Of a stretch of 39,640 nucleotides of DNA, positions 1 through 7,718 are shown in pieces (positions within the stretch are counted from its first letter, which is position 1; every line of letters starts with the position of its first letter). Origin of the DNA: a virus. Lineage: Duplodnaviria; Heunggongvirae; Uroviricota; Caudoviricetes. The notes under the pieces are model-generated. The model had not been told where the DNA came from. It saw nothing but the letters and a program-made list of their open reading frames with translations, and ran no database searches. The position numbers and the translations under genes were made by a program. Location: IMG/VR virus record IMGVR_UViG_2563366929_000005; one strand, written 5' to 3'.

Positions 1-1236
1 ATGGCGCTGTCTGATGCGTGGTTGCGTTCAGTCGTTGGAAAGGAACGTGATAAGGTTTTGGTTAAATCCGATCGTGATGGTCTGTCTGTCAGAGTATCAC
101 CGAAAGGTCGCGTAGTGTTCCAATATCGTTATCAATGGGCAGGGAAAGGTGAGCGCCTTGATATCGGAACTTACCCGGCAACTGGATTAAAAGAGGCCAG
201 AGAAGAAGTTATCCGTCTCCGTGGTGAACTCGAGTCAAACCGCAATCCACGATTAGTCAAGCAGGCTGAAAAACGAAAAGCTACTGAAGCCATGACGGTA
301 GAGTCTGTGATCCGTGCCTGGTATGAAGCATATTGTGTAAAAAATAAAAAAGGTTCTGAACAGATACTCCGCTCGTTTGAGCTGCACCTGTTCTCTAAAA
401 TCGGGAATATCCCTCACGATGCAGCTACATTGCATGATTGGTTAGAAGTCCTGGAGCCTCTTAGCACCAAGACTCCAGCAATAGTAGACCGATTGCTAAT
501 TAACGCAAAGCAGGCCCATGTCTGGGCGTATAAGAGAAAGCTCATTGAAACTCGCCCACTGTCGGATATCACGGGTAAAGATATGGATATCCGTAAAGGT
601 CAGAAAAAACGGTTTCTGACACATGATGAAATTAACATCCTTTATGCTGCGATCGATGGTTCTCGAATGGTTCCTAAATACCGAGCCTTCATTAAACTAT
701 TGCTGCATTTTGGTTGCCGTAGTTCAGAGCTAATTACTGCTAGGGTGGATGATTTTGATTTCATAAATAAGGTATGGACTGTACCACCAGAACGACATAA
801 GACTGGGGACATAACAGGCGAACCGCTAAAGCGGCCCATTATTGAACCGGTTGAAGAGCTTATAAAATACGCTATCTCTATGAACAACGGTTCCGATATG
901 CTTTTTACTAAGGAAGGAAGCAGGGAGCCAGTTGGTCGGACATCATTGCAGTCGCTGCCTTACAATTTAATGCAGTTCGCATGGCGACGTTTGGGGTATC
1001 AATTTCCTCATTGGTCTCTTCATGATTTGAGACGAACAGCACGAACAAACTTTTCTGATCTTACTGCTCCTCATATTGCTGAAATAATGCTCGGTCATAA
1101 ACTGCCAGGTGTATGGCAAGTTTATGATAAGAGCGATTATCTAGAAGAACAGCGTAAAGCTTACTGGGCATGGTGGGAGAGGGTTGAATCGATCGTTACT
1201 TGTACTGACTTAATCTCCAACGGACAGTTTGCGTAG
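1..1236 (+). CDS. int: Tyrosine integrase, P4-like (DUF4102-type N-terminus)
   Basis: 411-aa ORF. N-terminus (LSDAWLRS..DGLSVRVSPKGRVVFQYRY) is typical of P4-family integrases. C-terminus has HDLRRTARTN (HxxR) and a terminal Tyr region (GHKLPGVWQVYDKSDY). Confidence 0.95.
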   Translation: MALSDAWLRSVVGKERDKVLVKSDRDGLSVRVSPKGRVVFQYRYQWAGKGERLDIGTYPATGLKEAREEVIRLRGELESNRNPRLVKQAEKRKATEAMTVESVIRAWYEAYCVKNKKGSEQILRSFELHLFSKIGNIPHDAATLHDWLEVLEPLSTKTPAIVDRLLINAKQAHVWAYKRKLIETRPLSDITGKDMDIRKGQKKRFLTHDEINILYAAIDGSRMVPKYRAFIKLLLHFGCRSSELITARVDDFDFINKVWTVPPERHKTGDITGEPLKRPIIEPVEELIKYAISMNNGSDMLFTKEGSREPVGRTSLQSLPYNLMQFAWRRLGYQFPHWSLHDLRRTARTNFSDLTAPHIAEIMLGHKLPGVWQVYDKSDYLEEQRKAYWAWWERVESIVTCTDLISNGQFA

Positions 1237-1394
1237 CCAGAGCGTAATCATATCTGCCAGTCCGCTGCGGATACCTTGTGTACTGGGTTTTTAGCCAGAC
1301 TACGTTAACCGGTAGCTTCAGTATTTGGGGGGGCGGCAGGAGTTTGATGGTTTATTGGGTTACTGTGGGACTAAGGATGTAGGGATGCCAATCA

Positions 1395-2528
1395 ATGAAT
1401 TATGAAAAATATCATAGCACAAACAGAAGCAAGGGTTTGCGAACCTTCTGCTACTTAATTTATTATGTGCAGGTGATTTTTAATGTGATGAAGTGTTTTA
1501 TGACTCGCGGAAACTTTGATTTTATAAACTCTAACGTGGTTTTCTCAGAAGCCGATAAGTCATTGTGGATTGATCTCATTAACACCGATTGTATTTGGTA
1601 TGATATGATAATTAATCCTCCTGATGATATAAGAACAAATAAGATAATAAAGAACTATCTCAGAATTATGGAAAAATATACGAGGGAAAGCTGTGAAAAG
1701 AGATTTATTTATTTCTTAGGTTCAAGAAAAAAAGTAAGGTTTTCAACCAAGAAACAGCCTAGGTATAACCCATTCACAAAAAATATAGTATTCACTCTGT
1801 TGATTGGCAAAGAAGAGCGAAAGCTTCGGATAAAATATTCCTTTTGCACGTTTACGCAGAATGGGGTAGTGAAGGTAACTCCAAATGTTAGAGTAACTGA
1901 GAAGTTTCTCTACATTGAATATGAAAATGGCAATTTATGTGTGATGTCAGTTCATGACTTCGTAAACGGACATTATATTGATTTAGGAATTCATACAGAA
2001 GTGCATTACGTAGGATATACACGTCATCCGCATCGGCGCCCTGTTGATTTTATTCACCGTGGCTTATCAAAGATGCTGTATAGCGTTTCAAATGACGATA
2101 ATGATTTTTTTGTTTGTTTTAGTATATTTAATCCAAGGATTATATCTCTGAATAATAAATGTAATGTGGTCTTTAATATTTCAAATTCTCTACTGGATGA
2201 AATTGATGTTGATAATGAGGGGAGAATTATTGAAAACTGCTTAATACGTTACTTTGATCCTAAGCTTCAAGATGATGACAAGGAAAGTAAAAGGTCAGAT
2301 TTAAATAAAATGTTTATGGACCTGGTGGAAAATAAAAAAATTAAAAAAATATACGTTAATTTTCAATATGAAAGGAATAATGAGTATTTCTGCTTTTACT
2401 CTAAAGTTGTTCCGCCGAAATTTCATCATTTCTTTGTGTTGGATTTTTCTGATGGCAAGATAAATATTGATAGAGACCAGGATATGATGACTCAGATGGC
2501 ATTGTGTATGGGGTATTATAATTATTAA
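1395..2528 (+). CDS. AT-rich orphan protein with a central GIY-YIG-like nuclease motif (candidate defence or homing-type cargo)
   Basis: 377-aa ORF, visibly much lower GC than int or xis. Motif string GHY-x10-YVGYT-x4-RR-x5-H ... EGRIIENCLIRYFDPKLQ (aa about 192-292) resembles GIY-x10-11-YIG..R..H..E..N. The start codon is uncertain (Met1, Met32 or Met36). Confidence 0.65.
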   Translation: MNYEKYHSTNRSKGLRTFCYLIYYVQVIFNVMKCFMTRGNFDFINSNVVFSEADKSLWIDLINTDCIWYDMIINPPDDIRTNKIIKNYLRIMEKYTRESCEKRFIYFLGSRKKVRFSTKKQPRYNPFTKNIVFTLLIGKEERKLRIKYSFCTFTQNGVVKVTPNVRVTEKFLYIEYENGNLCVMSVHDFVNGHYIDLGIHTEVHYVGYTRHPHRRPVDFIHRGLSKMLYSVSNDDNDFFVCFSIFNPRIISLNNKCNVVFNISNSLLDEIDVDNEGRIIENCLIRYFDPKLQDDDKESKRSDLNKMFMDLVENKKIKKIYVNFQYERNNEYFCFYSKVVPPKFHHFFVLDFSDGKINIDRDQDMMTQMALCMGYYNY

Positions 2529-2737
2529 TATTTCGCTTGATACCAACTCAAAATCTTTTTTGTCGCATCCATTGTGGATTAATATTCAGAGGTAAGGGGT
2601 ATCTGCGGAATTTATATTTTGCAGGATGAGCATACAATACATGATATAACATCTGTTTTTGGCACAGAGCATATAGTCAGATTATGTTTAGTTCTGTGCC
2701 ATAGATGGATACTATCTCACCTCTTGGCTAACTCTCA

Positions 2738-2932
2738 TTACTCAATAATTCCAGCAAATCTGTATATTTTGCGTGATGCCCATTTATTTGGGCAGGATTT
2801 GATATCAGGATCTGGAAAATCAGGCCTGTATTTCTGGCCAGTTCTCCTGTTTACGCTGTTCCAGCGAAGAACAGTCGATACTGAAACGCCACAGAAGTCG
2901 GCGACTTGTTTAGTTGTCATTAAGTTGTTCAT
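2738..2932 (-). CDS. xis: Excisionase / AlpA-family HTH DNA-binding protein
   Basis: 64 aa. MTTKQVADFCGVSVSTVLRW is an AlpA/MerR-type HTH. It is the last gene of the leftward operon next to int, and its start abuts the stop of the upstream gene. Confidence 0.8.
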   Translation of the reverse strand: MNNLMTTKQVADFCGVSVSTVLRWNSVNRRTGQKYRPDFPDPDIKSCPNKWASRKIYRFAGIIE

Positions 2933-3552
2933 TACTTCACCTCCTGCGGCGGCTCCGGTAGCGGCATCCAGTGGGTTACTTTCGATGCCGGTTCTTCCCC
3001 ATCGTCAGTAACTGCCCACCATTTGTTTCTCGACCAATCGTAATACCCTTCGAAGGTATCGCACTCAGTCCAGCCGTAAGACTTACCCCAACACCAAACA
3101 TACTGTTTATCGTCCGGCATTCGCTCACTACAGCTTATCCAACCATCCGGAGTTACCGGAGAGTTGCCCGACAGCTCGTTCAACTTGTAAGACTGGCTTA
3201 CAGGTTCGGCACCATGAAGCATGGCGGCGCGGCAGGCGTTCCAGCCTTCATCAAAGCCGACTATGCCATTATTTAAAGACGGACGAACATCTGGCACCAT
3301 CGGCACTGGCTTGGCTATATATAGCGGCTGAACATACCAGCCCTTTGATAACCAACTGTCAGCAATGTTTTTACTCCGTGTTATTGCCGGAATACCTAAG
3401 CCATTGTCTGAATGCAGCCATGCCACCGGTTCTGCTTTCAGCGAGGCTAACGCTATTTCATAAGCTCGGTGCTCAATATTGTCTCGCACGTCCAAGCTGC
3501 CTATGCGCTCTTTGATTTCTTTAATCAGTTCTTTGTCGGTGAAAGTGGTCAT
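2932..3552 (-). CDS. DUF551-domain early protein
   Basis: 206 aa. C-terminal WISCSERMPDDKQ...VTHWMPLPEPP is the characteristic DUF551 signature. The gene is translationally coupled to its neighbours. Confidence 0.8.
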   Translation of the reverse strand: MTTFTDKELIKEIKERIGSLDVRDNIEHRAYEIALASLKAEPVAWLHSDNGLGIPAITRSKNIADSWLSKGWYVQPLYIAKPVPMVPDVRPSLNNGIVGFDEGWNACRAAMLHGAEPVSQSYKLNELSGNSPVTPDGWISCSERMPDDKQYVWCWGKSYGWTECDTFEGYYDWSRNKWWAVTDDGEEPASKVTHWMPLPEPPQEVK

Positions 3553-3553
3553 C

Positions 3554-3883
3554 TCACTCTCCTTTGATGCGAATGCCAGCGACGCGTAGTGCGTGTTCTA
3601 AGTCAATCAGGCAAAGCCAACTGCCATTTTCTTTAGGTATCATGACATGCCGCTTATTAGCATTTATTGGGTGCCCATATCGAAGGTCGTAGCGAGTCGG
3701 TAATTGAACTTCCCTCGCTTCCAGTTCTGTAATGCGTTTGTTTTTAGCTTCTAGTTCATCCAGCAGCGCCAGCACAACCTGCGGTGTGACTTTCATACGA
3801 AATGCCAGCAATTTTTGTGGTGTGGCTACTATTTTTATTGCTTCTGCCGCCTCACGCAGTACCTGATAGTCAATCTTGTTCAC
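3554..3883 (-). CDS. Hypothetical early protein (Ead/Ea22-like coiled-coil)
   Basis: 109-aa ORF with a 4-nt overlap to the upstream gene. It has a coiled-coil segment (LLDELEAKNKRITELEARE). Confidence 0.65.
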   Translation of the reverse strand: MNKIDYQVLREAAEAIKIVATPQKLLAFRMKVTPQVVLALLDELEAKNKRITELEAREVQLPTRYDLRYGHPINANKRHVMIPKENGSWLCLIDLEHALRVAGIRIKGE

Positions 3884-4119
3884 TGGTTGCCTCCTTTACG
3901 GATCTGCGCTGCGATGCACGAAAAAAAAGACTCTCGCGTATGACTGTTAAGAGCTGGCGCGAACGCCGCGTTAAGAACGGCAGCATCACAGCCGTCATCG
4001 ATATAGAGCGCAATTTTTTTCTCCAGGCGTGCTTTGGCTTCCTGCAACTGCATACCCCGGCACGCACGCGGGATATACTCAGCAATTTGAGCGATAGATT
4101 TTTCGTTCTGTTTAAACAT
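3880..4119 (-). CDS. Hypothetical early protein
   Basis: 79-aa ORF. It is chosen over the alternative-frame ORF 3870-4232 because it fits the chain of start/stop overlaps in the operon and has an ordinary composition. Confidence 0.55.
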   Translation of the reverse strand: MFKQNEKSIAQIAEYIPRACRGMQLQEAKARLEKKIALYIDDGCDAAVLNAAFAPALNSHTRESFFSCIAAQIRKGGNQ

Positions 4120-4315
4120 GCTTCACCTCGATAGGCTTGATGGTATCGATCAGCAGTCGGCGGCGAGTATTTTCTGCAAAGTGGCGGCGTCCGTTTTCTT
4201 TGTGGTAAAACTCGTTTTTTCCGACGACCCACATCCGCTTTGTCTGGTGCAGTTTTTTTACCTGCGGACCGTCTCGGGTGATAACAATTCCTGTATGAGT
4301 TTTTATCACGCTCAT
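4112..4315 (-). CDS. Hypothetical early protein
   Basis: 67-aa ORF with coupled overlaps on both sides (4312-4315 and 4112-4119). Confidence 0.55.
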   Translation of the reverse strand: MSVIKTHTGIVITRDGPQVKKLHQTKRMWVVGKNEFYHKENGRRHFAENTRRRLLIDTIKPIEVKHV

Positions 4316-4674
4316 TTCTTATTCTCCGGTGCTTTCGGCATTACTGCCCAGTGAGTGATATTGACGTTTTCAAGGTCCCCGACCTGAAATGTCCACTGCC
4401 ATTCTCCGGTTTCTTTTTGTCCCCAGGTGTACCAGAGAGAACGCCAGCCAATTAGCCAGCCTTCTCCGTTAGCATCAAATAACAGAACACTTTCATTTGC
4501 TGGCGGCAGTTCAGCTGACACTGGTATTATTTTGTTTTCCAGTGCCGCACATTTAGCTTCAAGCGCATCGAATTTACGTACCAGGTACTCAGCATTTGTT
4601 TCGTTCACTTTCAGATCTCGCGGTACACATTTCCCGCGAAGAAACCCTTCCATTTCGAAAACATTCATGCGCAT
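4312..4674 (-). CDS. YfdS-like protein with a DUF551-like C-terminus
   Basis: 120 aa. C-terminus reads NITHWAVMPKAPE. Size and position match the yfdS slot of a CPS-53-type yfdPQRS block. Confidence 0.7.
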   Translation of the reverse strand: MRMNVFEMEGFLRGKCVPRDLKVNETNAEYLVRKFDALEAKCAALENKIIPVSAELPPANESVLLFDANGEGWLIGWRSLWYTWGQKETGEWQWTFQVGDLENVNITHWAVMPKAPENKK

Positions 4675-5201
4675 TTGCGTAACTCCGATAACTCGTTAAA
4701 ACGTTCCATAAACATCCCGTAGGCATGGCCCGGTGCCAGTGGAATCACGTTGAACATCTCTGTTGCCGGGATGCCTTCCAGTACAGGCCAGAAAGAGCCA
4801 TCATCAAGCCCGAGATCGCGGCGTTCGGTTGCCAGCATGATGAGATCGGCATATTTCACAGGCGTGCTCATAACCGGGGGTAACCCGTATTTCTCACGGA
4901 TTACGGCATCTATTTTTTCTTCCATCCGTTTATAGTCAGGAAGAAGGCGTTTCAGTGGAGCGGGGATGTCCTGGCAATACGCTTCTGTTGCATCATGCAT
5001 TAACGCTTCAAAAGCAAATTCCTGCGGCACCAGCTGGCTGCAAAGCACCGCATGTTGGGCGACGCTGTAGAAGTGAGAAAGATGACCGGCAAAGCGACAG
5101 ATATTTGAAAGGGAAACCGCGATATCGTTAATAACGATGTCATCTTTATTTATCTTGTCATAATAAAAATGCTTCCCGGAAAAAGTTTTAATAAATGACA
5201 T
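4665..5201 (-). CDS. yfdR: HD-domain 5'-deoxynucleotidase (YfdR-like)
   Basis: 178 aa counted from MSFIKTF, with a GGAGA Shine-Dalgarno upstream. HD-superfamily metal motifs are present (..SVAQHAV.. and ..ALMHDATEAY..). The longer track ORF start (5228) is rejected. Confidence 0.8.
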   Translation of the reverse strand: MSFIKTFSGKHFYYDKINKDDIVINDIAVSLSNICRFAGHLSHFYSVAQHAVLCSQLVPQEFAFEALMHDATEAYCQDIPAPLKRLLPDYKRMEEKIDAVIREKYGLPPVMSTPVKYADLIMLATERRDLGLDDGSFWPVLEGIPATEMFNVIPLAPGHAYGMFMERFNELSELRKCA

Positions 5202-5328
5202 TTTGTTCTCCACGTATATGCGCTGCACCGCGCTGAATTTGGGTAAAAGGAAGCCCTCACCATCCGGTGATTATTGAGTTAATTACGTTTCCATAAATGC
5301 CCCCGCAGGGGCATTTGCAGTAATGAAA

Positions 5329-6153
5329 TCAGGCGGTGAAAGTACCAATAAAGGTTTCTACTTTGCTGTCTTTGAATTTCTCAACAAGCAGATCACGAAA
5401 TTCGTTAGCCATATCTTCCTGCACCGCTTCCAGCTGAATAATGCGCAGAACCAGTACAGGACGATCGCCAGTGATAATGCTGAGGCGTAATTTAAACGGA
5501 CGTTCTTTCAGACCTTCAAACGGAACGCATTTAAATTCAAATGCCACTGGCATAATGTCTTTGGTCTTCGCTTCGACAGATTCCATCAGGGAGCGTTTGC
5601 CGCTGAAGTCATTATCTTCAAAATCAGCGGTCTGGTTTGCTTCAATCGTGATTTTACGGATTGCCGCAGCCGCTTTTGTTGCCTGAATGGCGTCACCATT
5701 AGCATCAAAGCCCACAAGGTAGTCGGCCCAGTCTTCAATCCATTCTGCCAGTGATTTCTGGGAGTTACGCTCGCCGTTAACAGACAACAGGGCAGAGAAC
5801 GGTGCTGTCTTTTTCAGTTTGAGAGTGGCGGTGTTATCTGCGTGACCTGGTTCATCAATAGTACCCAGGTTAAGCACACTGACGGCACGCATATTATCAG
5901 CATCGATAAAGCAGCGGGTGCCTTCATCTGCAAGATCTTTAGAATAACGGGTAAAGTCATCGATGCTGGCAGTGGAAAGCGCACCACGGAAACGGAAGCG
6001 ATTTAAATTAAATTTTTCCAGATCATGAATGCGGAAATTCTCAGGCAATGCCACAGCATCGGCACCAATCTTACTGATAATTTCATTAACACCCTGAGCA
6101 GAAATAAGGGCATGGATTTGATTAATTGCGGTTGCGTCTAAGTTCTGAGACAT
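5329..6153 (-). CDS. yfdQ: YfdQ-family (DUF2303) protein
   Basis: 274-aa ORF. Size, sequence character and position between the YfdP-like and YfdR-like genes match the family. Confidence 0.8.
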
Positions 6154-6218
6154 AATAAGTCCTCACTATATTAAGATATTCAGTGATGAGATAAATAATC
6201 AGTTAATTAAGAACGATA

Positions 6219-6581
6219 TTAATGACCTGCTGCGCGGAGTTTTCCGTCAGGTTCACCGGCAAGAGTCAGTAATTGTCCCTGGTCTTCCTGCAGAATAGTC
6301 AGGCGACCACCGCGATTGACATACATCGGCGTTTCGGTGGTGTCTTCTTCAGAAATTTTCCCGCGGTTAGTCGGGCGAACATATGAGAGTTTGTGTTTGA
6401 TTTTCACACGGTTCTCATCAAACGGTTCGATTTCCAGGTTGAGCGAGACCTTACCTTTGGTTTTCGTGTTCATCACACCGGAAGCGACTTCACTGAGAAC
6501 TGCGCCGATTTTGGTTTCAAATACGCCGCCGTCCAGCTCCCCGATAAATGCCTGCACATCAGTACTGCGTTCGCTAGCCAT
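6219..6581 (-). CDS. YfdP-like early protein
   Basis: 120 aa counted from MASERSTDVQ, with a GAGGAG Shine-Dalgarno just upstream. The N-terminal 62 codons of the track ORF run through structured non-coding leader and are rejected. Confidence 0.7.
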   Translation of the reverse strand: MASERSTDVQAFIGELDGGVFETKIGAVLSEVASGVMNTKTKGKVSLNLEIEPFDENRVKIKHKLSYVRPTNRGKISEEDTTETPMYVNRGGRLTILQEDQGQLLTLAGEPDGKLRAAGH

Positions 6582-6629
6582 TTTGCTGCTCCTCATCATA
6601 TCGACCCTGCAAGGTCGGTTGGTTTCTCC

Positions 6630-6763
6630 ACAAAACAGAGAAGAACACCTGCGGTGGCAGCCGCCCGGATGGATTGGGTTATGAGCCCGTCGTCCGGTGA
6701 TGCTCTTCTCTGTTTTGTAAAAAGAGCGGTACCAGCCGGAAGCAAGTGTACAAACTGGTACCG
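6630..6763 (-). promoter_or_regulatory. Two large RNA stem-loops in the leftward-operon leader (candidate processive-antitermination or leader RNA)
   Basis: Perfect 15-bp inverted repeat ACAAAACAGAGAAGA (6630-6644) / TCTTCTCTGTTTTGT (6704-6718). Perfect 9-bp inverted repeat CGGTACCAG (6727-6735) / CTGGTACCG (6755-6763). A boxA-like CGCTCTTTTTAC (minus strand, 6717-6728) lies between them. Confidence 0.4.
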
Positions 6764-7052
6764 CCAAAGCAGTGGCTGTTGTGGTGACCGGTGCTGATCT
6801 CCGGCTTGCGGTTATTTCAGACTCTCACGGGCGTTTAATTGCCCCGCCGAACAGCTCTTTTCCGCAATAGCTGCAATGTCTTTCGCGCATCAGCCTGCGC
6901 ATTCACCACAACGCTAAGGATTCTCTCTGGTTGAAAATACTTAGCTGTTATGTGCCTGCTTTTAGCCACATCAGGCGAGGTGGACCTGGTTATTCCCCAA
7001 CAACAAGGATTTGGTTATTATGTAACCCTCCCCAACAACGATAAGGATTTAT

Positions 7053-7142
7053 ATGGATCTATGTGTAGATAAGTATGAGGAGAGGCATGTGCCGTTAAGA
7101 CAAAAGCCTCCAGTTCCTCCAAAACCACCCAAGGAAAACTGA
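7053..7142 (+). CDS. Proline-rich micro-ORF A (29 aa): MDLCVDKYEERHVPLRQKPPVPPKPPKEN
   Basis: ATG preceded by TAAGGATTTAT. The stop lies 7 nt before the 2-TM gene. It shares an H-V-P..PPxPP(K)PP core with micro-ORFs B and C. It is below the ORF-track cutoff. Confidence 0.4.
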   Translation: MDLCVDKYEERHVPLRQKPPVPPKPPKEN

Positions 7143-7149
7143 GACTAAT

Positions 7150-7644
7150 ATGACCAGAGACGATTATAAATTTTATGTTCACTACTCTTATGTATTGGAG
7201 AAGATGAATTACACGTTGTTAACTCGCATTGATAAATTAATAACGTTGATGTTAATCGTTCTCGGTTTTTCAGTTTTCGCCCCGTACAGTAATTTATTTA
7301 TTTTCGGTTTGTTTGTTGCCGTACTTTCGGTTCTTCAGTTGGTCTATCAGTTTGGCCAAGAGGCTGGAATGTCTAAAGAGCAAGCGAGGCATTACAAAAG
7401 ACTGCTGATTGAGTCTGATACCCTTCCTGAAGATCAGTTGCAAGCTAGGTATTTAAAAATCCAAGATACTGATAGTAATCCATGGAAATCACTTGAACGA
7501 GCGGCTTTCATTCGGGCCTGTATTTTTGCTGGTGTTCCAACTAAGTACGATTTAACAACCAAAGAAAAATTTATAGCTTGGTGTGCGGGAGATCTACCTC
7601 TAGAGAATGAACTAACGGATATTAATGATGACCAACAAGCATAA
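7150..7644 (+). CDS. Two-TM helical-hairpin membrane protein (SLATT-like topology), candidate superinfection-exclusion or abortive-infection effector
   Basis: 164 aa. TM1 is LITLMLIVLGFSVFA and TM2 is LFIFGLFVAVLSVLQLVY, separated by a 4-aa loop and followed by an amphipathic soluble tail. The gene is AT-rich, on the opposite strand to the early-left operon, and has its own terminator downstream. Confidence 0.7.
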   Translation: MTRDDYKFYVHYSYVLEKMNYTLLTRIDKLITLMLIVLGFSVFAPYSNLFIFGLFVAVLSVLQLVYQFGQEAGMSKEQARHYKRLLIESDTLPEDQLQARYLKIQDTDSNPWKSLERAAFIRACIFAGVPTKYDLTTKEKFIAWCAGDLPLENELTDINDDQQA

Positions 7645-7699
7645 TCCAGTTCACGGACATGTACCTCCGAAGCCGAAACCACCGAAACCGAAGAAATGA
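7625..7699 (+). CDS. Proline-rich micro-ORF B (24 aa): MMTNKHNPVHGHVPPKPKPPKPKK
   Basis: ATG preceded by CGGATATTA. It overlaps the last 20 nt of the 2-TM gene in the +1 frame. The core is HVPPKPKPPKP. Confidence 0.35.
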   Translation: MMTNKHNPVHGHVPPKPKPPKPKK

Positions 7700-7718
7700 G
7701 ACATAATAGGATTGGATA

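Noticed and set aside
2619-3011. A 130-aa plus-strand ORF spanning the xis region.
   Set aside because: It is antisense to the AlpA-type xis and the DUF551 gene. It is hydrophobic and low-complexity and has no start context.
3870-4232. A 120-aa minus-strand ORF in an alternative frame across two small early genes.
   Set aside because: It is extremely Arg/Lys/Ser-rich. It breaks the chain of coupled start/stop overlaps formed by 3880-4119 and 4112-4315.
6582-6767. The N-terminal 62-codon extension of the YfdP-like ORF as given in the track (6219-6767).
   Set aside because: The extension runs through the large leader stem-loops. The internal Met at 6581 has a GAGGAG Shine-Dalgarno and gives the expected 120-aa size.
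6825-6890. A 21-aa minus-strand micro-ORF, MRERHCSYCGKELFGGAIKRP, with a CxxC motif, in the leftward leader.
   Set aside because: It has no convincing Shine-Dalgarno and a single CxxC, and I cannot assess its conservation. It is noted only as a possible fragment.
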